A stretch of DNA of 30,150 nt, from IMG/VR virus record IMGVR_UViG_3300044267_003827, positions 1 to 30,150 of that record. One strand, given 5' to 3'. Each line of letters begins with the position of its first letter. Position 1 is the stretch's first letter. Source of the DNA: a virus (taxonomy: Duplodnaviria; Caudoviricetes). The notes below the pieces were generated by a model that worked only from the letters and a program-made list of their open reading frames with translations, was not told the origin of the DNA and did not search any database. Of the stretch, positions 1 through 7,098 are shown one piece after another. Both the position numbers and the translations under genes were made by a program.

Positions 1-76
1 AGCATCGCACAGAAGGTTCCAAGCAAATCCCAACCTTTCATGGATCTGGGAAGCTCTTTGGTCTAGGGGTAGTTGT

Positions 77-520
77 TTAGATTGCGGCATAAAGGTATCC
101 TCCTGTAAATGTGGCTAGTTTAGCTTCGTGAATGTAGGTCCAAATATTAAAACAACGATCTCGCTCATCAGGTGGCGTAGTATTTATATAAGTTCCGAAA
201 TGATCCATGTGGTAAGGGTTGTAGGTAACAACATGAGACATCTTCTTCTTGAACTCATCAGTAGTACAGTTCATGGTTGAAGGCAGGATCACAGTCCCTC
301 TAACAAATGCGTGAACATTCTTCTTACCTTCTCGACGCACCTTTTCTCTACCAGCAGGTTGCACAGCGAACTTCACATCTTTCAGGTAGATGCTCTGCCA
401 ATGCTGAAGGTGCTTTACTACCTTACCGTTTCTGCGAATAGAGTGAGTGCCGTTGTGGAGGTTGCGGTAGACCTCCACGCGATCACCATGGTTCAGCTTG
501 CCTGTTCTTATCTTTGTCAT
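77..520 (-). CDS. Conserved phage hypothetical protein (VYRNLH...NVHAFVRG...YNPY type)
   Basis: ORF track 77..577. Start reassigned to ATG at 520 (MTKIRTGK) because a TATAAT box lies 6 nt upstream and the longer start overlaps the next gene. Confidence 0.7.
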   Translation of the reverse strand: MTKIRTGKLNHGDRVEVYRNLHNGTHSIRRNGKVVKHLQHWQSIYLKDVKFAVQPAGREKVRREGKKNVHAFVRGTVILPSTMNCTTDEFKKKMSHVVTYNPYHMDHFGTYINTTPPDERDRCFNIWTYIHEAKLATFTGGYLYAAI

Positions 521-526
521 GCCCCT

Positions 527-554
527 ATTATACCACAGTTTGGGCCAATTGCAA
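527..554 (-). promoter_or_regulatory. sigma70-type promoter, probably leaderless (TTGCAA-16-TATAAT with TGn extension, ATG 6 nt downstream)
   Basis: Minus strand reads TTGCAA TTGGCCCAAACTGTGG TATAAT AGGGGC ATG. Confidence 0.7.
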
Positions 555-1043
555 GCCCTTTCTCGAATTTCTTTCAAACCAGTCAGGAGTAGGTCTACCC
601 CAATCCCACGCAGCTATCTCAGCCTTATCGCCCATGTAGTAGGCTCTGTAAGCCTCCACAGCGCACGATCTCTTGTACTCTAAGGGCATCGCTTGAGCAA
701 AGGGCGTTAGGCCAATCTCGGGCATCCCATGAGGAGTATGGGCTAGGTCATGGACAAGCTCTCCAGACTTGTGGTGCTTGCCCCTGCGCCTGACGAACTC
801 CACCAGAAGCTCATGATAGAGCGTCCAAGCCCAGCGATAGTTAGCACCAGACTCTCGTATCCATTTCGTGCAAGGGTGATTAAGGTGAGCTTGCTTATAA
901 AGATTCTCAGCCTGTGGAGTATCATAGACCCGATGGGCAGTCGAGAGCATCTGAGCAGTCTCAAGGATCATTTTGACGCAATGCTTGTCACAATGCATCT
1001 GCGCTGCAATACGAGGATTTTTATCTAGTACGAATATGTTCAT
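528..1043 (-). CDS. Pyrimidine dimer DNA glycosylase / endonuclease V (DenV)-like protein
   Basis: MNIFVLD...HCDKHCVKMILETAQMLSTAH...HLNHPCTKW...PFAQAMP...AYRAYY motifs typical of the family. Confidence 0.8.
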   Translation of the reverse strand: MNIFVLDKNPRIAAQMHCDKHCVKMILETAQMLSTAHRVYDTPQAENLYKQAHLNHPCTKWIRESGANYRWAWTLYHELLVEFVRRRGKHHKSGELVHDLAHTPHGMPEIGLTPFAQAMPLEYKRSCAVEAYRAYYMGDKAEIAAWDWGRPTPDWFERNSRKGLQLAQTVV

Positions 1044-1049
1044 GGCTAT

Positions 1050-1078
1050 ATACTACCAGAGGAAGCCCCCGATGTCAA
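1050..1078 (-). promoter_or_regulatory. sigma70-type promoter, probably leaderless (TTGACA-17-TAGTAT, ATG 6 nt downstream)
   Basis: TTGACA at 1078-1073, a 17-nt spacer ending in TGG, TAGTAT at 1055-1050, ATG at 1043. Confidence 0.75.
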
Positions 1079-1950
1079 AGAGAAAACTACAAAAAATAGC
1101 GAAACAGTTAAAAGGCTCATCCAAAATGCATGGAGCGCAAGCAAAAACTCTTGAGAAGATGGTCTCGTCCAGAGAAAAACTTCGTGAAGATCTACGCAAG
1201 TGGGTCAAAGAGAAGTGGGTTGACATTGGAGCCCCCAAGAAGGGTGGTGGATTTAAACCATGTGGACGGTCTGAGGGTGAGAAGAGAAGTGGGTATCCTA
1301 AGTGTGTGCCCTCTGCTAAGGCTTCCAGTATGAGCAAGAAGGCTAGGAAGTCTGCTGTAAGAAGAAAGAGGGCCGCTGGTAATACTGGGCCTAAACCTAC
1401 AAATGTGAAGACTGATATGAACGAAGGTAAATTATGTCCTAAAGGTAAGGCTGCTGCTAAGAGAAAGTTTGATGTGTATCCCTCAGCTTATGCGAATATG
1501 TACGCGAGTGCTGTGTGTAGTGGGAAGGTTAAGCCTGGAGGTAAAAAGAAGAACGAGAGCGTTTATCACACCTTTGGTAGATTAATTGCAGAGAAGAAGG
1601 GTCGTTGCTGGTCTGGTTATAAGGCGAAGAAAGGTAGCACTCCTTATGCTAAAGGGTCTTGCGTAAAAATGAGCGAAGCCAAGTCTGCTGCTTGGCAAAG
1701 AAGTGAAGGAAAGAACCCTGAAGGTGGACTTAACAAAAAAGGTGTAGCCTCCTACCGTGCTGCAAATCCTGGATCTAAATTAAAGACTGCTGTTACCACT
1801 AAGCCCTCCAAGTTAAAGAAGGGGAGCAAGGCAGCCAACAGAAGGAAGTCTTTCTGCGCTCGCATGAGTGGCATGAGAAAGAGACAGAAAGCCAGTAACA
1901 ACACAGGCAAGGATCGTCTCAGCCTTTCTCTGAAGAAGTGGAACTGCTAG
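1072..1950 (+). CDS. Lys/Arg-rich modular protein, probable internal head / DNA-binding virion protein (DUF5872- and DUF6321-like modules)
   Basis: ORF 973..1950, start reassigned to ATG 1072 (MSKRKLQK) with GAGGA upstream. Modules: LRKWVKEKWVD..PCGRS..YPKCVP, LCPKGKAAAKRKFDVYPSAYAN, CWSGY and AWQRSEGKNPEGGLNKKG..RRKSFCARM..KWNC. Confidence 0.7.
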   Translation: MSKRKLQKIAKQLKGSSKMHGAQAKTLEKMVSSREKLREDLRKWVKEKWVDIGAPKKGGGFKPCGRSEGEKRSGYPKCVPSAKASSMSKKARKSAVRRKRAAGNTGPKPTNVKTDMNEGKLCPKGKAAAKRKFDVYPSAYANMYASAVCSGKVKPGGKKKNESVYHTFGRLIAEKKGRCWSGYKAKKGSTPYAKGSCVKMSEAKSAAWQRSEGKNPEGGLNKKGVASYRAANPGSKLKTAVTTKPSKLKKGSKAANRRKSFCARMSGMRKRQKASNNTGKDRLSLSLKKWNC

Positions 1951-2218
1951 AGTGTCTCTTCATTCCTAGTAATCCATAACCTACGATATCCTGATAGGGA
2001 TTCTCATCGAATGCAGTAGGGTTGTTAGCAATCCTAAATAGCTTATCCAGAATCCTCGTCACAGTAAGGAGATCATCGTACTGGTCTGGGTGGATTCCGT
2101 CAGGATACATTTGCCTAAGACACTCTCCACTCTTTCCAAAAGAATCTCCGTATGCCGCTTGCTTTGCTGCGACAACATTAGATACTCCGTTTGCTAATTC
2201 ACTAAATTTATTCTTCAT
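1919..2218 (-). CDS. Small alpha-helical nucleotide-modification-associated domain protein (DUF1599/Nmad1-like)
   Basis: KQAAYGDSF...DKLFRI...PYQDIVGYGLL pattern. Confidence 0.55.
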   Translation of the reverse strand: MKNKFSELANGVSNVVAAKQAAYGDSFGKSGECLRQMYPDGIHPDQYDDLLTVTRILDKLFRIANNPTAFDENPYQDIVGYGLLGMKRHSSSSTSSEKG

Positions 2219-2444
2219 CTTTAATTAAGTTGTTCCAATCAACTATTTCTAAGTTCTTCTCTATCTTGCGGATGCGCCTATAAGTGGCTAAGGCTACAGC
2301 CACTACCTGACGAGAGGCTATGGACCCACCCATAAGATTGGCATAGATCTCTACATCATCTAAGTAGTTTCTTAAGTCCAAAGGAAGCTCTTTAGTATCG
2401 AGCATTCCCTTAGCACAATGGTGTATGAAAGTATTTATAGCCAT
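2208..2444 (-). CDS. Hypothetical protein
   Basis: 78-aa ORF packed in operon order with its neighbours. Confidence 0.6.
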   Translation of the reverse strand: MAINTFIHHCAKGMLDTKELPLDLRNYLDDVEIYANLMGGSIASRQVVAVALATYRRIRKIEKNLEIVDWNNLIKDEE

Positions 2445-2446
2445 GA

Positions 2447-3025
2447 TTAGTCCTGTAAGTAAACTTTAATCTCGTCATCGCTGTCCCAGAAGAACATATT
2501 AAGTGAGTGACGAACACCTTTGGTCACCTTCTCCACTCCATGCTTCTTGCTACCCTTAAAGATAACACAATCTCCCTTCTTCATCTTCACAGGCTCTGCT
2601 GCCTGAAATAAACTCTTCTTAATTATAAAGTCTCCACCTTCAAACTCGGACGGATCTGTGAGTAGTATGATAGCGGTAAAGTAAGTGGGATCGGGATGTA
2701 GTTTAAAAGAATCTCTTCCCTTGTTGCCAGTCTGGTACTTCCTCATGAAAGGCCAAAACTCACTAGACAGTAGTTTTGCTTTACTGAACCCTGTTAGCTC
2801 ATGAATCTTATCAATCAGATAAGTTATAGCCAGCATTCTAGAAAACTGGTACAACACTTCAGGGCATTGATGCCTACCCATAGCTTTGGTTTGCCATAAG
2901 GGTAGACCATCAACTGGTTCTGGTCCCAAGTCCCACCACCTGTCCTCAATAGAATCTACGAGAGTATCGCAGTCCTGATCAGAGACTACAGAAGGTAGTA
3001 GAAAAATGTTCTTAGCTATTTTCAT
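2447..3025 (-). CDS. 2OG-Fe(II) oxygenase (prolyl-hydroxylase-like)
   Basis: HPD...EFEGGDF...HGVEKVTKGVRHSL gives the HxD...H...RxS facial triad and 2OG-binding motif. Confidence 0.85.
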   Translation of the reverse strand: MKIAKNIFLLPSVVSDQDCDTLVDSIEDRWWDLGPEPVDGLPLWQTKAMGRHQCPEVLYQFSRMLAITYLIDKIHELTGFSKAKLLSSEFWPFMRKYQTGNKGRDSFKLHPDPTYFTAIILLTDPSEFEGGDFIIKKSLFQAAEPVKMKKGDCVIFKGSKKHGVEKVTKGVRHSLNMFFWDSDDEIKVYLQD

Positions 3026-3222
3026 TAAAACCAGAGCGGAACAGGATCACCAATCTCCAATGAAAGTTCATAAATCTCATTGTAGATGGCTTTCAACGCA
3101 TTTGCAGAATCCATGTGGGCTCCTTCACTTCCAACATGGCTCTTTTTAGTGTGCGCCTCCATCATTCGTTCGTACTTCACTTGCAATTCGTCGCGCTTCT
3201 TCTTTTTTTCTGTCTGATTCAT
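3025..3222 (-). CDS. Hypothetical protein
   Basis: 65-aa helical ORF whose stop overlaps the next start (TAATG coupling). Confidence 0.6.
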   Translation of the reverse strand: MNQTEKKKKRDELQVKYERMMEAHTKKSHVGSEGAHMDSANALKAIYNEIYELSLEIGDPVPLWF

Positions 3223-3376
3223 CTTTCTTAATTTTGGATAGTAGTTCTATGTAAGCTGTTAATCGTCCCTTGGCATACTCCTCTAAGGATTCTCCAGAGT
3301 CCGTTTCATAATGTGAGTTTAAGATATGCGTCCACTTCGTTATCTGTTCTTCCAAATGGAGTTTGAGTTCTTTCAT
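3146..3376 (-). CDS. Hypothetical protein
   Basis: 76-aa ORF, ATGA-coupled to the upstream gene. Its 3' end overlaps the next ORF by 77 nt. Confidence 0.5.
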   Translation of the reverse strand: MKELKLHLEEQITKWTHILNSHYETDSGESLEEYAKGRLTAYIELLSKIKKDESDRKKEEARRIASEVRTNDGGAH

Positions 3377-3852
3377 GGTTTGTCGAAGTCTAATAGAAGC
3401 ACCACACGATCTTCATCATTCTTATTATAGGCTGAATGCTCTACCGTATCATCGAAGATTAGGCACTTTCCTTCTTCCCAGCGTCTAGCTTGATCTCCCA
3501 CTATTATAGCGCACCCGTGAGGAACTTTAAGAGCTAAGTGGCATCTTAATACTTTATTTGTAAAGCCTGTGTGTGGATGGATGTCTGTGTATCCCCCTAA
3601 AATGGAGAAAGATGCAGTTGTGAGTCCAGGAATATCTTTAACCAACTCCCATGTTTTCGGACAGAGCTTACATCTGTCTTCGTCTACGTCTCCAAAAGCC
3701 ATTAATGGAAAAACATCCCACTCTCCCTTGTAGAGATCACGCTCAAAGTAGGGTATCGTTCCTGTCTTTAATTGAATATACTCGGTCAGGACCGATGCCC
3801 AAGAACTTTCGAGCTTTTCCACAAAGGGAAAGCGGGATGTATCGTAAAACAT
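3373..3852 (-). CDS. Aspartyl/asparaginyl beta-hydroxylase family (LpxO-like) dioxygenase
   Basis: IHPHTG...LRCHLAL...WEEGKCLIFDDTVEHSAYN...DRVVLLLDF. Confidence 0.85.
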   Translation of the reverse strand: MFYDTSRFPFVEKLESSWASVLTEYIQLKTGTIPYFERDLYKGEWDVFPLMAFGDVDEDRCKLCPKTWELVKDIPGLTTASFSILGGYTDIHPHTGFTNKVLRCHLALKVPHGCAIIVGDQARRWEEGKCLIFDDTVEHSAYNKNDEDRVVLLLDFDKP

Positions 3853-4149
3853 TTACTCAGCGTCTTTAGGGCCGCGTCTGCGACCTTTCTTTTCGCCGTC
3901 TACTAATGCTTCTCTGGTAACCCAAGCTCCTTTGCCTGTATCACCTTTTGAACCTCTTCTCTGACCTTGCATACGTCCACGCATACCTTTCTTAGCCATT
4001 TCCATTCTAGCTTTCATGCCTTTCTCGAAACGTGCTTCATCGTCACAGCAGCCGCTCATACCACCCACACCACATGAGGATAAAACCAACGCTGCGAGGA
4101 CTGCGATAACAGCCCACATAAGGTTCTTCTCTGTTAAATATTTTTTCAT
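3853..4149 (-). CDS. Putative lipoprotein with Gly/Arg/Met-rich tail
   Basis: Basic N-terminus, a hydrophobic helix and an LSSC lipobox. Confidence 0.6.
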   Translation of the reverse strand: MKKYLTEKNLMWAVIAVLAALVLSSCGVGGMSGCCDDEARFEKGMKARMEMAKKGMRGRMQGQRRGSKGDTGKGAWVTREALVDGEKKGRRRGPKDAE

Positions 4150-4580
4150 AATAAATTCTCCTTCAATTGAGTAACATTTACCCCAGCTTTATCTAGTAGG
4201 GCTAAACCATTTTTTGCGTACATATCTTTGTAAACTACTCGCTCAATCCCAGATTGAATAATTAGTTTAGCGCATTGGAAACAAGGAGCCAGAGTGCAGT
4301 AAAGAGTAGCCCCAGCAGAGCTATTCGTGCTACGAGCGAGCTTTGTAATCGCATTAGACTCTGCGTGAAGAACCTCTTCCTTTGTGTACATTTCATCCAC
4401 ATAGTTAACATACTCGCAGGAGTTATCGAACCCTTTCGGTGTACCGTTGTATCCTTCAGAGATGATTTGTGTGTCTTTAACAACGAGACAGCCAACCTTT
4501 TTTCTTTGTGCATATGATAAATTGGCAAGTTCTTCTGCCATCCTCATGTAAGTTTGATCTAGTTTATCTTTTGCCGCCAT
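4146..4580 (-). CDS. dCMP deaminase (ComEB/Cd family)
   Basis: GYNGTP, HAESNAI and PCFQC zinc-deaminase motifs. Confidence 0.92.
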   Translation of the reverse strand: MAAKDKLDQTYMRMAEELANLSYAQRKKVGCLVVKDTQIISEGYNGTPKGFDNSCEYVNYVDEMYTKEEVLHAESNAITKLARSTNSSAGATLYCTLAPCFQCAKLIIQSGIERVVYKDMYAKNGLALLDKAGVNVTQLKENLL

Positions 4581-4938
4581 AGTATTCTACTGCAAAGCCT
4601 TCTTCGATTAGTTGTTGATTAATATTAAGTTGCTCTTCACCGCTCTTACGTTGACGATAAACCGTACCGAGATACCTACCATACTTGCCTTTCTTATTTG
4701 TGACAAGGACAAGGCCATTATCATCTAGAAATCCACTAGAGAGGAGAGTGTGAAGGCGTTCCTTACTTGCCAATCCTCTGGCCTTTTCTTCCAAATCCCT
4801 AGTCCTGCTCTCTGGTGTATTAATTCCATACATCCTGACTCGGATCTTGTGTGAGATATTAAATCCCAGGTCTACGGTGCAGTCGAACGTATCACCATCG
4901 ACTAAGTGGTCTACTGATTTTATTTTATATTCGTACAT
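4564..4938 (-). CDS. Thermonuclease (SNase-like) family nuclease
   Basis: VDGDT...RVRMYGINTPE...GKYGRYLG...INQQLIEEGFA. Confidence 0.88.
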   Translation of the reverse strand: MYEYKIKSVDHLVDGDTFDCTVDLGFNISHKIRVRMYGINTPESRTRDLEEKARGLASKERLHTLLSSGFLDDNGLVLVTNKKGKYGRYLGTVYRQRKSGEEQLNINQQLIEEGFAVEYYGGKR

Positions 4939-4947
4939 AATTTATTT

Positions 4948-5047
4948 AAAAAAGTGTGAAACCCTACAAACATAGCGTTATGTTTAGAACGGGTACTAAG
5001 TCTGAGGGAAACAAACTCTTCCTCATGTTGTAGGGTTTCACAATGTA
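4948..5047 (-). ncRNA. Candidate small structured RNA (~95 nt) with its own -10 box and a U-tract
   Basis: Perfect 15-bp closing stem TGTGAAACCCTACAA (5042-5028) / TTGTAGGGTTTCACA (4969-4955), two internal hairpins, TATAAT at 5052-5047 and TTTTTT at 4953-4948. Confidence 0.5.
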
Positions 5048-5053
5048 TTATAG

Positions 5054-5130
<77 letters not shown>

Positions 5131-5131
5131 T

Positions 5132-5208
5132 TGGTAGGACGAGTGGGACTCGAACCCACACTTGATAGATTTTAAGTCTATTGCCTCTGCCTATTGGGCT
5201 ACCGTCCC
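5132..5208 (-). tRNA. tRNA-Leu(UAA), short variable loop
   Basis: GGGACGG/TCGTCCT acceptor, ATAGA-CT-TAA-AA-TCTAT anticodon arm, A73, encoded CCA. Confidence 0.9.
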
Positions 5209-5209
5209 A

Positions 5210-5285
5210 TGGCTCCCAGACGAGGACTCGAACCTCGGACCATTCGGTTAACAGCCGAACGCTCTACCAACTGAGCTATCTGGGA
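5210..5285 (-). tRNA. tRNA-Asn(GUU)
   Basis: TCCCAGA/TCTGGGA acceptor, TTCGG-CT-GTT-AA-CCGAA, G73, CCA. Confidence 0.96.
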
Positions 5286-5286
5286 A

Positions 5287-5363
5287 TGGTCGGAGAGATA
5301 GGATTTGAACCTACGACCCCCTGCTCCCAAAGCAGGTGCGCTACCAAGCTGCGCTACTCTCCG
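5287..5363 (-). tRNA. tRNA-Pro(UGG)
   Basis: CGGAGAG/CTCTCCG acceptor, CCTGC-TT-TGG-GA-GCAGG, A73, CCA. Confidence 0.96.
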
Positions 5364-5366
5364 CTT

Positions 5367-5585
5367 CTAAGCCTCTTCCGCAGCTTTTTCAGCGTCTTCC
5401 GTAACTTCATCCTCTAGCCCCAAAAGCTCTTTGAGTTCAGCAACGGCAGTAACCATCTCTTCCCTCTGCTCCATCATGGCTTCCAGTTGACCATTAATTT
5501 GTTCAACCGCAGTATCCACTTGGTCCAGACCTTGCTCGGCCCCCTCTAGCATTCTAGCTAGATACTTTTCATTAAGTTCATTCAT
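5367..5585 (-). CDS. Small acidic coiled-coil protein
   Basis: 72 aa with heptad pattern, ATGA-coupled to the upstream small ORF. Confidence 0.7.
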   Translation of the reverse strand: MNELNEKYLARMLEGAEQGLDQVDTAVEQINGQLEAMMEQREEMVTAVAELKELLGLEDEVTEDAEKAAEEA

Positions 5586-5704
5586 TTCTTTTTCCCCTTC
5601 TTCGGTGTGGTAGCCTTAATGGCTTTTTTAATGTCATCAGGATGAGCAAAGATAGTATCTTTAAACAACTCTCTGATGTTCTTAATCATGTCAAATTCGT
5701 ACAT
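5582..5704 (-). CDS. 40-aa small protein absent from the ORF track (MYEFDMIKNIRELFKDTIFAHPDDIKKAIKATTPKKGKKK)
   Basis: Translated by hand. AGGAGA SD, TATAAT at 5744-5739, stop overlaps the next ATG. Confidence 0.65.
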   Translation of the reverse strand: MYEFDMIKNIRELFKDTIFAHPDDIKKAIKATTPKKGKKK

Positions 5705-5760
5705 AAGTTTCTCCTGTAGGCTCTTGGCCCTAGGTTCTATTATACTCAGGTCAGCAGGAT

Positions 5761-7098
5761 TTAGAGTGAAGATGTCTGAAATTTTTCAACATCTACGATC
5801 TTTACCTCACCCTTAGTTATCCTAGGCTTATAGTACGCGCCGTCCTTCTTGGGAACTAGCTTATTCAGGATGGCATCTGCAATGGGAACGGAAACATTGT
5901 TCTTGATAAATCTTTCAATATTTCGCGCTCCGTACTCTAATGAATAGCCTCCATCAACAATATAATCTAGCAATGCTTTTGTGGGAACAATAGGTAAGTT
6001 CTCTAATTGCAACTCAGTAATTTGACGCACCTCTGATCTAGTCAGAGTATTGAATAATACCAGTTCGTCTAATCTGTTTAAGAATTCGGGACTGAAGTGG
6101 CTCTTAATAGATCCACGAATAACTTCAGAGGATACCTCTTGAGTAACCTCGTCATCCTTTCGATTAAACCCTACAGCCTCTCTCTTGATATCCCCAACTC
6201 CTTGGTTAGATGTAAAGATAAAGATGGACTCACTAAAGTCTAGTACAGTTCCTAGATTATCTGTGCAAGTCCCATCATCAAGAAGAGATAGCAAGAAATC
6301 GTACAGCTTATGGTGAGCCTTCTCTACCTCATCGAACAAAAAGACCCAGCGATTAGATTGATCCGCTTTCTCAGCCAGAAGACTCTTCTCTGTGTGCCCA
6401 ACATAACCTGGAGGAGAGCCGATAAGTTTTGCATACTCATGACCTCCCGCATACTCTGCACAGTTAATCTTATAAAAGTTGTTACTAAACTTTTCTCCTA
6501 GTAGTTTGGCTAACTGTGTCTTTCCTACTCCTGTAGGTCCGACGAATAAAAAGGAGGAGTGCTTAGTTAAGCCCGAAGCCATTAACTTCAGAGAGTTGAT
6601 TAGACTGTTAATAGCTCCACGCTGACCAATGATGTTCTCCTTAAGATGCTCTTCTACATGAAGAATATCTTCAATAGAAGACAAAGCAATCGGTTCAGTT
6701 TGCGTGGGAAGAGGTTCTGCCCCTAGTTGCTGCTGTAAGTGCTTCAGAAACTTACCCTTTACCCCAGACATGAACGTATCGGTGTTAAGATCTTGGCATA
6801 CGAACTCCAAGGCAAACGGTGGGTACATTTCTACGATGGCATTATAAGCAGAATCAACTGCTTCAATCATCACATCCAGATCGTCTGGGATCTGATCGAA
6901 GAATGCTTCCGAGTCGATCAGAAACTTCTTAACAATAAAATTCTTATAAGACTCGATGCTAATCGGAGCCTCAGCATTTTTAATCTTGTCTCTTACACTA
7001 TTGTATAATTTTTGCTCTTGTTCTAGTGAGAAGCCCTTCAAAAAAAGGACAAGGTTTAGTTCTTCTGATACGACTCGGTAAGTTTTTTTTCTACTCAT
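5761..7098 (-). CDS. ClpA/ClpB-family AAA+ ATPase with a single (D2-type) AAA module
   Basis: GPTGVGKT Walker A, LIGSPPGYVG pore loop, FLFDEVEKAH Walker B, FSPEFLNRLD and YGARNI. Confidence 0.88.
   Translation of the reverse strand: MSRKKTYRVVSEELNLVLFLKGFSLEQEQKLYNSVRDKIKNAEAPISIESYKNFIVKKFLIDSEAFFDQIPDDLDVMIEAVDSAYNAIVEMYPPFALEFVCQDLNTDTFMSGVKGKFLKHLQQQLGAEPLPTQTEPIALSSIEDILHVEEHLKENIIGQRGAINSLINSLKLMASGLTKHSSFLFVGPTGVGKTQLAKLLGEKFSNNFYKINCAEYAGGHEYAKLIGSPPGYVGHTEKSLLAEKADQSNRWVFLFDEVEKAHHKLYDFLLSLLDDGTCTDNLGTVLDFSESIFIFTSNQGVGDIKREAVGFNRKDDEVTQEVSSEVIRGSIKSHFSPEFLNRLDELVLFNTLTRSEVRQITELQLENLPIVPTKALLDYIVDGGYSLEYGARNIERFIKNNVSVPIADAILNKLVPKKDGAYYKPRITKGEVKIVDVEKFQTSSL

Noticed and set aside
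1-76. Possible gene end or start at the window edge (e.g. minus-strand ATG at 41)
   Set aside because: Too short. Several frames are open and none can be supported.
973-1071. N-terminal extension of the plus-strand ORF
   Set aside because: It overlaps the denV-like gene antisense. ATG 1072 has an SD and a promoter-like motif.
2432-2439. Exact T4 late promoter TATAAATA on the minus strand
   Set aside because: It lies within the first codons of a CDS (M-A-I-N-T) and not shortly upstream of a start, so it is likely chance.
4955-5042. Hammerhead, SRP or CRISPR interpretation of the structured element
   Set aside because: No CUGANGA core, no SRP GGAA/GCAG motif and no repeated units with spacers.
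5181-5417. 78-aa plus-strand ORF
   Set aside because: It is the antisense of the tRNA array.
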